A stretch of 59,848 nucleotides of DNA, the filler included, from Sluysia triapertura (lineage: Eukaryota): assembly GCA_046118255.1 (NCBI GenBank). It is 4 parts of 4 records of this genome, joined end to end, with 100 filler letters (N's around TTAATTAATTAA, not from the genome) between each part and the next. Parts side by side here need not be neighbours in the genome. Positions count along the whole stretch, not along the records: positions 1 to 16,917 come from JBJNIA010196264.1; positions 17,018 to 29,858 come from JBJNIA010078712.1; 2 more parts are not named here. The stretch is one strand, 5' to 3'. Positions 13,804 through 25,600 of this stretch are shown here, piece after piece. Numbering within the stretch: the stretch's first letter is position 1; each line of letters begins with the position of its first letter. The notes below the pieces were generated by a model. The model saw only the letters and a program-made list of their open reading frames with translations, was not told the origin of the DNA and made no database searches. A program made the position numbers and the translations under genes.

Positions 13804-14655
13804 AGGCACTTTGTCATTCTGAGAAAGTTTTACCGGAGTGCAGAATACTTATGTGCTGAATATGATCATCCCGAGTTACCTTCCAGGTCAGTATGGATAG
13901 ATGGTACCTACAACAATGCCATTTTAAAAGAAAATGATGCGAGTCGCTTCTCACTTGTACTAAGTACCAGATTCATTACTGTTCCTAATCCTTGTGAAGC
14001 AATGATTAATAAGACTAAAATGTTCGATGATGAATACCAAGAAGATGATGAACCTGAAGATGATGACGAAAGAGATAATGACAAAGCTGTTAATGAAGAT
14101 CCAAACCAAGAAAAACATGATGATTATAATGATTCTGAAGATGCTGCAGATGCTTTTCCTAGTAATCCCGAAGAAGGTGTTGTCCCTGTTGCAGATGCAG
14201 ATCCAGATGAATTAGATGATTATACAGACGATGATAATACTGATGCTAATACCGATCATGCTACTAAAACCTCACCATGGGTGGAATAACATAATGGTAA
14301 TGGTGAAGGTGCCGATGGAGATGATGAGGTAAAGACGCAGTTTATGATTCTGATGAAGAATGTGATGATACTGATCATGATGTTGAAACCCCACCTGGGA
14401 GAGAAAAACGTATTCGTGGTACTAGAGATGCAGCTGCTCGTCAAGAAGATGTTGGCTGGGATGAATTAGAAGGTGATGATGATGAAGAAGAACGTGATAA
14501 AAATCCAGTTTATGAAGAACATAACAAAGACGAAGAAGACGATGGAGATTTTGCTGCTCGTGGTTGTTCCTGATTGGAATGAAAATGGTACTGTAGATGA
14601 CAAAACTAGTTCTACCAGTGTTTCTGCATTTTTTGAACCCGAAGATGGATCTTAA
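13804..14655 (+). pseudogene. Disrupted Asp/Glu-rich low-complexity reading frame, possibly an upstream ORF of the retroelement
   Basis: The frame is open from 13804 to 14289. Acidic coding character (GAT/GAA runs) continues past the TAA and a frameshift to about 14560-14655. No recognisable domain. Confidence 0.5.
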
Positions 14656-14669
14656 ACTGTTGGAAACAA

Positions 14670-15600
14670 GGGCCGATTGATGGTGACCCAGGATGGGTCT
14701 GCTATTCCAGTATTCTGTTTTAGGGGTCTTAGCCTTGACAGCAGGAAGATCCCTTCCTGCTGCTGCTAACGTTATTTTATTTATTTTAATCTGCTTGATC
14801 CGACTTTTTTTCTGTGTATGTCTTTGCATGATGTATTTTTAATCATTTTAATATTTAATGATTTAAATTTAATATTTTAATCATTTTAATCATCTTTATT
14901 CTGTTGTTGTGGTTGTTGTGCCCTCTCTTTCCTGCCACATCGCAAAATACACTTAGGGGTTGGTCCTAGTAATAAGGATCTTTGGCACTATGAAGATGAA
15001 ATAAAGTCATTCTTCACTTGATTTCGTTGCCCAGATATCGCTCTCGTTACTTCTTTGTGTGAGCCGTACCATAAGAATTTCATTCTTTTCAAACGTCCCA
15101 TTCTTGGATACCTCCGGGCTTCCCTACGATTTGTGCAGTAATCTGCATTTTTCCTTACTTGTCATTGACGTCAATGATGGATCTTCCTACGTCATTGATC
15201 CTCTGCATCGCAGCAATAATCAAGCTACCAATACGGTAGGTAAAGGGCTTTTACAGCGCATTTGTTTCCTTCTTGACATTAAGGGCATTACTTTTATCGC
15301 AAAGGCACCTTTCCCCTTTAAACTCCAGAGTAATTTGTTTAGCGACCATCCCTTACGGACATAGACCAACGAGCAATTCGCTGCTTCTTGAAGACGGAAC
15401 CTAATTTCCCTAAAAAGTCAATCAAATCTGGTCCTAGGGATTTCTAATCAACGTCCGACAGGTTAATCAAAAGACTCGGCTTGTCCCACAGAACAAAAAT
15501 ATAGCTGCCAACATATCGTCCCACCTAAGACGCATTATCAACCTTCACCAAAAGCAATCATCCCTCAATGGACCAACATTAAGCTTCATTCACCCAAGCT
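14670..15600 (+). mobile_element. 5' fragment of a related NeSL-like element (copy 3): structured spacer plus Ulp1-like protease relic
   Basis: GVGPSNKDLWHYEDEI and HFSLLVIDVNDGSSYVIDPL...APFPFKLQSN align by eye with copy 1 (GSGPGLNDLWLYEDEI; HFSLLVMDLSKGQSYVLDPL...APYHFLLQSN). The DCG catalytic segment is missing. Confidence 0.8.
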
Positions 15601-16917
15601 GTTAAACATACGAGTACAAAAATTATTAAATTTTAAGCTTTTAATTTTTGAATAGTTACTTTTTCAGCCTTAGAAAGTTCATTAGAAGGCCAATAATATC
15701 AATATATAGTGAATAAAAGTATTAAAATACGAAGTGGCGAAATAGAAATAGTTGTGTAAATCAATTGTAAAATGTACAAATCACCTTCGATGGAATTTTT
15801 ATGAAAGATAAAGCTACCAATCACATATTCAGATTCACAATATGAAAATGTCGGAAGTTCCAATGATACACTGACAACCATTGAGGAAGAATGCGAAAAT
15901 TTACTAAGTTCACTAAAAAATTTATACAATTTTAGACCTAAAATTTTGTGAGAAATTAGAAAATGAAGAGGATATCTTATTAAATGTTAAACATATTTTA
16001 TTATTTTTTATGATTAAAACTTTTATAATTAATTACACATGAATATATAGATATACTTCTTCAGTTACTATCTTTTATTTATCAAAGAAACGCTACGAGA
16101 TCCGTATTAAAATTACCACCAATGTCAATCAAAATTAATTCGGATAAAGTATAACAGCTTTATTACATTTTTATCCATTGAAGAGTTTCAATTGTTACGC
16201 TCTTTGGACATTTTATTTGAGCCATAACAGCAATCATTGCAGAAAAAACATCGAAATTCATAATTACAAATTGTTTTGCGAATCAAATTTAGTATAAAAT
16301 TTGAATTAGAAACTTTGATTTCATTGTCAAATAAAAGGTAATCACAAATTTCTCCTTTAGAATTAGTAATTTTGGTCAATATGTTATGGCGTTTTGGCAG
16401 ATCATGTTCATAATACTTTCGCAAATTCAATCAATAATTTTCATTATTTCCATCTATTTTCAACGGTGGTTTATTTTCTTCATTAACTAAAGCACGGCTT
16501 CAGCAATAAATTTCTATTTCATATATCATAAAATTGTGAGAAATGTGTGATAGAATAAATGAAATGAAGCTAAAGACGTGCTAGGGCCAGCCGTTGGATT
16601 TTTATAAGATAAATTTAAAATAAAAGTTTAGGTTTTGGTTATGACTCCTGTCTGAAGGTAGATATATAATTTTAATTCGAGTTGTTAAATTAATTTGAAT
16701 TTATTGATATATTTTACGAATGATTCCCTTATATGGAACCAATAAATAGAAGTTTACCTTCTAGAATTAAATTCTAGATTTTTTGAAAACGGTAAATAAT
16801 GGAATTTTAGCTGATTTTAAAACTATTTAAGTTAAAAAACAATAATACAAAAATCTCTTTATTTTCTACAGATATGTAAATCTTATACACAGGTAATCAA
16901 TAATAATAAAAATAAAA

Positions 16918-17017
16918 NNNNNNNNNNNNNNNNNNNNNNNNNNNNNNNNNNNNNNNNNNNNTTAATTAATTAANNNNNNNNNNNNNNNNNNNNNNNNNNN
17001 NNNNNNNNNNNNNNNNN
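16918..17017. other. Assembly gap with artificial stop linker
   Basis: N44-TTAATTAATTAA-N44. Confidence 0.97.
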
Positions 17018-17269
17018 AATAATGAAATATATTTCAAAATAGTAACCCCAAAAGATAAAACCTATTAAAAATAACTTAAAATGGCTTAAAAACTGTTATA
17101 ATCAATTAAACTTTTTTTCCAAAAAAATCATTTATTCATTTTATTTCAATTTTATTTAATATAATAAAAGAATATAAGTAAATATAAATAAATAAAAATT
17201 ACCATATGCATGGATCTTCTATTCAATGCCGGTAAGATAGTGTTATTGTGTTGTAAAATTTTTAAAATT

Positions 17270-18480
17270 TTATATTATACTCTTTCATTATCCAATCAAT
17301 TTCAAGTCTCACAATCAAATATTCTCACACAAATCATCAAAACCTCTTTGAGAATTAAACCGACAATAATTACATGGTACGGTCTGTCAAACTTCATTAA
17401 GTACAAAACATAGAAACTTAATTTAATAAATAATTTAATTTATTTCTTTTACTCTACTCGATCTATTTTTACTTAAATTACATGTCACATTAAAATAAAA
17501 ATCAACAATGTTATTAACATACATAAAAATAATTAATTTAATTTCACTTCTTACAATTTAATTGATTTTCGATTTTTCACACCAAATTTTCTAATGAAAA
17601 ATGCTTTAAGGTTCTTATTCTCAAACGAACCATTTTACTAACATTTCGAACTCACTTGTAGATACTCCTCTTTCATAGCAATTATCTCATATTCCGTTCA
17701 TCACATTTACATCACTCTAAATATTAAAAATGCAACATTCCATTATTAAAAATTAATTAAAATTCGAATTTGCTCAATATTAAGGCTTTCCTTGAATGAA
17801 CTCAATCAAGCCATACCTTCATCGAAAGGTCTTTGCAAAACAAATTTAACATAGCATTCCTCATTCAAAAGTTATTCATAAAAAGCTATTTTTTCTTAAT
17901 TAAGTTAATTAATCTATTTTTAGACTCCATCTTATTTTATGTTTAAAGATTTTATTAAGGTTCCAAAGCTATTTAGTAATTTATAAGCCATTATGGAGGT
18001 TTTAGATGTTTTCACCTTCACTTCTCTGACTGCTTTTTCTACTTCTTCATGTTAATTATTACTATACCAGACTTATTCTTAATACCAATAACAACGATTT
18101 TATTTCTCAACTGCTTTAAAGATTTTAAATACTCCATAAGGTTACCCGAAGAACCAAGATGCTTATCAAGGTTTCAAGAATACCTAAAGGTTAATAAAGT
18201 CTCAGATCACCTCAATGTTCACAAGCTCAAAGGAACTCTAATAACTTCAAAGGTTTTTCAAGTCCATTTCAAGCTTCCATAAGGTCTCAACACCTTATAT
18301 AGGTCTTTGAAACTTATTATAAATGTTTATACTTTCATGATTCTTATTCTGACAATGTTTATAATGTTCAATCTATAACTTTGTATCAATTCTTCCTTCA
18401 TTTTGTTATTCTATATGTCTCTTACTCATCTCCTAGTTCATAGTTGAACAATCCCAACACTTTATAACAATAACCGTACG
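17270..18480 (+). repeat. Dispersed repeat family A, longest copy
   Basis: The first ~770 bp match 7040-7790. The distal part matches 19530-19790. Confidence 0.85.
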
Positions 18481-19529
18481 AATTATTCTTTATAACAATA
18501 TGAATTATTCTTCAATGACAAATATCAACCAGTGATGACACAACTTATTTAAATTTCCACATCCGCATTAATACAAAATTATAATTAATATAAAATCATT
18601 CACTAACCCTTATTCCTCTAACTCTAAATACTTATTTTAATCAATTACTAAAGAATAAGCCTTGATATCACCGTTAACCACAGATGTATGAAGGCAGCGC
18701 CCCTAGAGCTAGAAAGTCTTCTTTAATTTTCTTAACTTTTCTTAATTTTTGATTTTCTTGCAGAAATATAACTGATTACGTAGCGGTTTAAGATAATTAG
18801 TGAAATTAAAAATCAAAAATCGAACAAGACGGAAATCAAAGCTGAGGATTTTATTTTAGTCGGCAATTTCGCTGATTAAATGTCGACAGCAATTTCTGTC
18901 TATGTTCGACTTCATTATCATTCTAATTACCTAAATATAATGGGATTTGTGGTAAGCAATCTCATTGTCTTCTTAATATCATCTAATTAAAATTTAAAAT
19001 CATTGTTACGTTGCTTTTATAATAATAGCGTAATTTGTCAACTTAATTTAAAGATAAAATTAATGAAATAATAAATTTATTTTGCATTAATACGTTATGC
19101 GTCAACCATACGTTGCATGTCATGTTCAACAACATATTTGAATTTATTTCTCTATAAGCATCAATTTGATATATACTTATTTAACTTTAATTTTAAATTA
19201 TAAAAATTAATTAAAATAACTACTTTTTACGTTAGTTATTTTAACGTAAAAATAACGATGACGAACTTCCCAATACTTCATCATTAAAAATACTAATAAA
19301 ACTCAATATTACACATTAAACCCAATGTCGTTAAATCTTGAGCAAACATTTTCATTGACTTATCAATTTAAATTAATTTAAATTACGTTAATTGACAAAT
19401 ATACTTTAATATTTTAACAAAAAATACCTCATCCTAATTCTTTAATAATTTTGAACTTATTCTATTATCCTGAATAATGACTCTTACATCTACCTTTATC
19501 CTTCACTAATCACAACAGTACCTTAATGC

Positions 19530-19790
19530 TTATAAAGGTTTTCAAAATCTATCTCAAGCTTCCATAAAGTCTCAAACCTTTATATAGGTCTTTGAAACTC
19601 GAAGGTATTCTGTCGTGTTAACATTATTATATATATTTTCATTTCCATGATTCTTATTCCAAGCATGTTTATAATGCTCATTCCATCACTTTGCCTCTGT
19701 TCTTTCGTTATTTTATAGTTCTATATGCTTCTCACTCATTTCTTGATCTATAGTTTGGCAATCCCAAACATTATTATTATTACCGAAAAT
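19530..19790 (+). repeat. Dispersed repeat family A, distal fragment
   Basis: TCAAGCTTCCATAA..TCTCAA..TTATATAGGTCTTTGAAACT..CATGATTCTTATTC is shared with 18250-18480. Confidence 0.8.
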
Positions 19791-22552
19791 TAATGCTCCA
19801 AAAATATTAAATAATTAAAATAATGTAAAACAAAGGAATATCCACTTGTTATCCACCAATAATAAAACTCGACTCCAACGCAGGGATTTCCGTTCATTGG
19901 CATTAGAAGAAATATAATCATGCTTCTTTGGTTGTAACGTGTATTGAATTTCACAATGAACAATTTTTAAATTTAAATAAGAATTATGCCTATAAATTAA
20001 TTTTTGACGTCATTTAATTTTAATGTTGATAAACCTTTAGATATTATAACATTTTTGCTACATTTAATCAAATTTAAACCCATGTTACACTCAATTGAAG
20101 TTTCTGTCATGTCTTGTAATCGATGGGTACTAACTAAACAACGATTTGATTATTGACTAACAACATATATATCGATAAAGAAAACTAAAATTACAATTAC
20201 TATGCAAATTAAAACTTGGTATGAGCATTGTTGGTGAATGCAGGCATAATTGTGTACATTTATTCAAAATAGCTACTATGGCCGGAGGATGATATATGGT
20301 CTATGATGGTGACCATCGCAAAGCTTCATCGTTCGATATACTGACATTTTCATCTATAAATTCAACGAGTTGATCGATCTTAAGGCCAAGAAATTCTGAC
20401 ATTACCAACATTACATATAAACCGACTATTTGATGTTGAAAAGCAAACACAAAAATATTCGGTTTGTAGTTCGATAAAAACGCAATCATGAAAGAATTTA
20501 ATACATATAGGTGCACCAGGAATTCGAAATTTAACATGAAATTTATTGTTTAATTTGCGAATTAGCATTACTTGTTTTTGGTTAGTTTTACAATCGTTTA
20601 TCATTGATTGTGGTAGTACATTACTACCTGATTGTTGACAACTTGTTTTTGAATGAAGTCTCTCATCATACTTTTATGACATCATAACGAGATTTAGAAA
20701 TACTCTTTATATAACCAATGATACAAATAACTCCATAATCACGTATTCTATATATAAATGCTTTGTTGTAACTAAGAACAAGAAACAAATTGAATTAATC
20801 TACGAATGTCATTCGAAGAATAGGTTTCTTATAAAAATTTGTTAACATTAAATAAAATTCTGAAATGTGATATACTGATTTTAATATTGAGAGTTGCTCA
20901 CTTATCCATTCGTGTAACATGCAATTTTTTCCGTCGTTAATCATTTTAAATTTTTAACTTCAGATTCGTAAAAAAGGCTTAAAAACAACTAATTAAGTTA
21001 ATGCTAAAAATTTTTACACTAATTCAATTATATGTACTATTTTAGTATTTTTAAACATCAATAATTTTTTTAACACTGATTTGTACTAAAAAATTGTCGC
21101 TGCCTATCTAGTGATTCTTCTGGACAGTTGTGTTGTCAGCTGTGCATCGTGATTTGTTGTTCAATCAGAAAAAGGAGACAAAAATAACAATGTTAATTCT
21201 AGTTGGACAACCAATGGAAGCACTGTATAGCACCAACAAGGGATACAGCCCAGTTATCAACAAAAATTCAGTAAATTAAACATACAATAATCAAATTAAC
21301 AAAACTGTCAATTGATGACAGGTTGAAATGGTAAGTAACCAACTTTAATATTAATAAAATGATTGTTATAATGACAATATTAGTATTTATTAAAGTTGGC
21401 AAAAATAAAATAATAAAAACATGCATTTTTTAAAATCACGAATACATAATCTTTATTTGCTTTGATTTTACTTTTCTTTAAGCTTGATCTTTTAAATTAA
21501 AGTATTTTGAATAAATTATAAAAAATGGTCAAAATTGCTATGTCAAGGTTTTATGGTAAAATTGATAGGTGTATATTGAAATATTGTGAGGCTATAAAGT
21601 TTAGAATTGAGTATGAGATGTATAATGTAATTGTGCGGTTATAAGATTGTAAATAAAAATGTTTTAGCCAATGTTTATTGTGTTTTAAAGATTTCGAATA
21701 ACTTTAAATTGTAGGTTACTGATTTCAAATGAGACTGGTGAAGTGGATATGAAAGGAATAAATATAGCAACAGTTTTGATACATCCTAAAAGGTTGTTGT
21801 GCAATGTTAAGAAATGTAATTTTGATATTATGAAGTTATGAAATATGATTGTTTTGATAAGGTTAGAATAATGTTTTAATGGATGTAAAGGAGTTAAAAT
21901 ATGAAAGTGATAAAATGTTATAGAATATGGTTTTATAAGCAATGTGTTGATTTAATTTAAAAATGTTTTAATTTGATTTTTAAGTATATGAATGATAATT
22001 TTCGATGACGGGGAAAATTTATTTTGTTGTGAAATTTTATGTTTAAAATGTTTGTTGATAATAACAATTGTGAATGTTCTCAAGGATTATTTTGTTTTGT
22101 CTTAATGGAATAAAATTCTTAAAGTGATAGGTTGACCACCACATCTTCATAATACCAAAAAATTAAAATAGGAACTTTTAAACATATTTATCCTTGTAAT
22201 AAATAACATACAATTTACACATACTCGGTTCCTTTGTTGCAGCGAAACCAACACTCATTAATCAAGCCAAACAAGTTTCTAATCACCTAAAAACAATTGA
22301 TTTGACTAAATAACTTTACATTACAGGTTTCTTTATATTTTTCAAAACGCATCTCAGTTTGAACTAAAACTATGTAACATTAGGTTTCCTAATATAATGT
22401 AATTAATAAATTACTATATAAGCGAGTTGATGGAGGTACTTATAAAAGTTCAGCTAAATCATATATGTGTGTTTCGAAAGTTATTTAAAATATATGAAAA
22501 CTTCGCTGTCGCAAAATTTTGAAATGAACTGCATAATATTGTTAGACTACAT

Positions 22553-22591
22553 AAAATGGACTGACCGGGAAACGAACCCGGGTCCTCTCGC
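22553..22591 (-). pseudogene. tRNA-like 3' half (Ala-like acceptor strand) plus TTTT
   Basis: The minus strand reads GCGAG AGGAC CCGGG TTCGTTT CCCGG TCAGTCC A TTTT. This corresponds to anticodon-stem 3' strand, variable loop, T-arm, acceptor 3' strand, discriminator and a Pol III-type T-run. The 5' half is absent. Confidence 0.7.
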
Positions 22592-22607
22592 TGCGCAGTT
22601 CGATGAA

Positions 22608-25600
22608 TTGAATTGAAAACTTTTGTTTTTAACACAAGCTACAAGATATAAAAATGAATAAATAATTAAAGATAATAAAAAATGAGATCAAGACAATATT
22701 AATTTATACAATTCAAAGTTAATGCCAAAAATTAAAAGCATATCTTGCCACTGGATCTTGGTTGAATTTGTTGGAATAGTCTGAATTGTCCTGAATAGTG
22801 ATGGAATTGGACCGATGTGACGTGACGGCTGCCAGTTTGTGAAGAGAGAAAAATATTTGAAATGAGAAAATGATTAATGAGAAAGGAGAATACAGAGAGT
22901 TGAAAAATGAAAAGTGAAAAGAGAACCAGAACATGAATAGACGATAGAGAAATAGAAATAAAATAATTTGTAGGAAAAATTTCAAACATACAAGAGGAAA
23001 CTTGAGGGTGTGCTCCTTATAAATATTAAAAGAAGACTCTAGGGAAAGCTGAGTACACTGACGAGATAGAGACTTAATTTCTGCCTTTTAAAAACCCAAA
23101 GATTAAGAAGACGTCATTATCAGGATCCCAGGAAACAAGGGAACACACAACAACGGTATCGAGAGAAACCTGGCACTTAAGTTGCAGTTGCAATTTTTCA
23201 CGCAGATCTTCATATTTAGACAAGTTAAGGTTCCGCGCAGATTTAAAGTTCTCAGAGATGTATTGGATATTTAATAACAATGAGAAAAATTTGTGCCGAA
23301 ATAGTACCTTAGGTTTGAATATCTGGGCGCCGACTGTTCCCAATAATTGACGTTTGAAATTCTTTTTTTACAGAAAAGCCATTACAGGAGAGAATCTCAA
23401 CCAGGAATTCAATAAATTTATTGTGTCTCACAATTCGGCCGACGCGAGTGTCAGGGCACAAACAAAGGATATAGAAATAAATTCTTTCTCAAACCCTGAC
23501 CAACGGCAAGATAAAAGTTTGTGAGGTGAAGGTTATGTGGCGAGAAATTTAATTTAACAATGTTTTTGCATGCCTTGAGCATGAAAGACCAACAAGAATC
23601 GCCAAGTTGACGTGATAGCGGTCTGCCCAAGAGTGGAGGTTTCATGAGACAGTCAACAAAAAGACCTTACCATTTGAGGGATTTCCAAATAGTACTATTG
23701 GAAATGTTAATAAGTTTTTTAAGGTATTTGCATATTTTATCCTTACGAAACCGATAAAGGTGATTCTATTTTCGTTGCCACCAAACGATTTGCAACAAAT
23801 GGATAATTTCATCTTATTGTCATCATTGGAGCAGAGGAAAGCGACAGAGATCTTGCATTTTTGCTGTAAGTTAATAAGAACAGTGTGAATTTGGGTCACT
23901 AGGTTTGAAGGTGCGCATATCTGTCCAGTTGAAATCCATTTAACCTTTTTAAGTCGTGCTCCAGCGACTCTCGACAGTTCATTCAGCATACGGGTGTGAT
24001 TATTGACACATGTAGTCATGATAGGAGATGATGGGACTTCGACCACCTATGTTATTAGGCAGAGAGAAGAAATTATTATTAAGACGAAAGGTTTAAAGCT
24101 CAGAAAGTGTTTAAATATTTGACGAAACTTTTTATCATAACCTACAGTTTGAGTATTAATATTAAGGTTGCGAAGGTGGAAAGAAAGGTGGGCTTGAAGG
24201 AAGTTAAGGTGCAACTAAGACTGCAAGATTCAATTGTTTGAGAAAAAACAGGTTTTCCTCCAAAAGTAAAGTAAGGTTCTGTTTTTTTCAAATTGCTTCC
24301 GCCAAAAGGACACCAAGGTACGTGATTTTATCACCACCTTTCATAGCCGGAATAGGTACATTACCCATGGATAGGGAGAGATAGCATCCCGGGAGATTAT
24401 TAAAGTAAAAAAATTTGTTGGGACGGAAAATTAAATTGGCTAACTTGGCCTTTTCAACTATGCATTTAAGCATTTGTTGAAGTAGCTATTAAGGCTACGT
24501 CATCCGATTAGGCAAGGTAAAGAGGAAAAGAGGAGCCACCAACGCATATGTTATTCTCTTCCGTGAAAGACCTAAATAAGTAGTCGATCGCGATGCAGAA
24601 CAGGGTCACTAAGATCGGGAAACCCTATAACGCCACATTTGATTGGTACTGGATCCGTCAAAAGATTAATACACTTGTATTGAGTCGAGAGTCGATGAAG
24701 AATCGTAAGATTAAGGGTGGATTGATGAAGACCCATACAAGACAGGGAAACGGATCCAAACGCGTTGGCCAAGTCAAGAAATATTACGTGGATGTGGATC
24801 TTGTGGGATTTTTTATGATTAAGAGACTTAATAATTTCCTGTAAAGAATGAAGGAGGAAATTATATTCACCACAGAGCAGCTTGACGGATACTGATGAGG
24901 TTCCCACAATGAATCCATGATAAGAATCGATCATTGAGGATCTTTGTAAAGATGCGGTACATAGAATCCAGAACAGCAATAGGACATCAGAAAGAAACTA
25001 TGTTTGTAGATGGAATTTGTTGGTTTTAATGATAAGGAGGGTAAGGAAAGATTTCCAGGCCTGAGAAACGCTTTGAGTTTGAAGTATTTTATTGAAGAAC
25101 AGTAAAAGAAACTTCGCTGCTGGATCAATAATTTTGATTTGTTCGCATATGATTTTATTTGGTCCCGGCGCAGAGTTTTTAAAATTCTTCATGTTTATTA
25201 AGATTTCAGCTTCGCAAAAGGGAGAACAGTTGAAAAATTCATAAAGTAAGGTGTTACTTCAATCTTAGATGGATCGAAGGCTGGAACAACACCGGAACTA
25301 TAGTAAAGACAGATTTCATCAACAGAAGGAGTGATGGGAGGAGAGTAAGTACCAGGTGGAAGGCTTTAGTCTGATTCTTTTCAAAGATTTTGTGGAATTT
25401 AATTTGAGACATAATATTAGGAAGGATGCAGGCGATAAATGAAGTCACAAAATTCAGTGAAGGCTTCATTCAGAGATAAAGAATATCCTTACTGAATTTG
25501 AGACAAAGAGATTGTACCGAAGGATGTGTAAAAACAACAATATTATAGAGGATCTCTCTATTACCGCAAATATAAGTCTTCCCATCGGATAGTAGAGCCG

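Noticed and set aside
14027-14829. Met/Lys-rich and antisense ORFs (14027-14215, 14256-14444, 14422-14829, 14473-14655)
   Set aside because: Shadow frames of the GAT/GAA-rich acidic sequence.
16962-16973. TTAATTAATTAA palindrome recurring three times (also 29903 and 48009)
   Set aside because: Always centred in 44+44 N. It is an artificial six-frame-stop contig linker, so adjacency across these gaps is unreliable.
22557-22580. TGG-starting tRNA-complementary stretch as an LTR primer-binding site
   Set aside because: Complementarity extends about 35 nt, the CCA is acceptor plus discriminator rather than the added tail, and no LTR is adjacent.
22995-23070. CTGACGA with upstream GAAAC and a stem, hammerhead-like
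   Set aside because: No UH cleavage site or stems II/III. It is antisense to the element's coding end.
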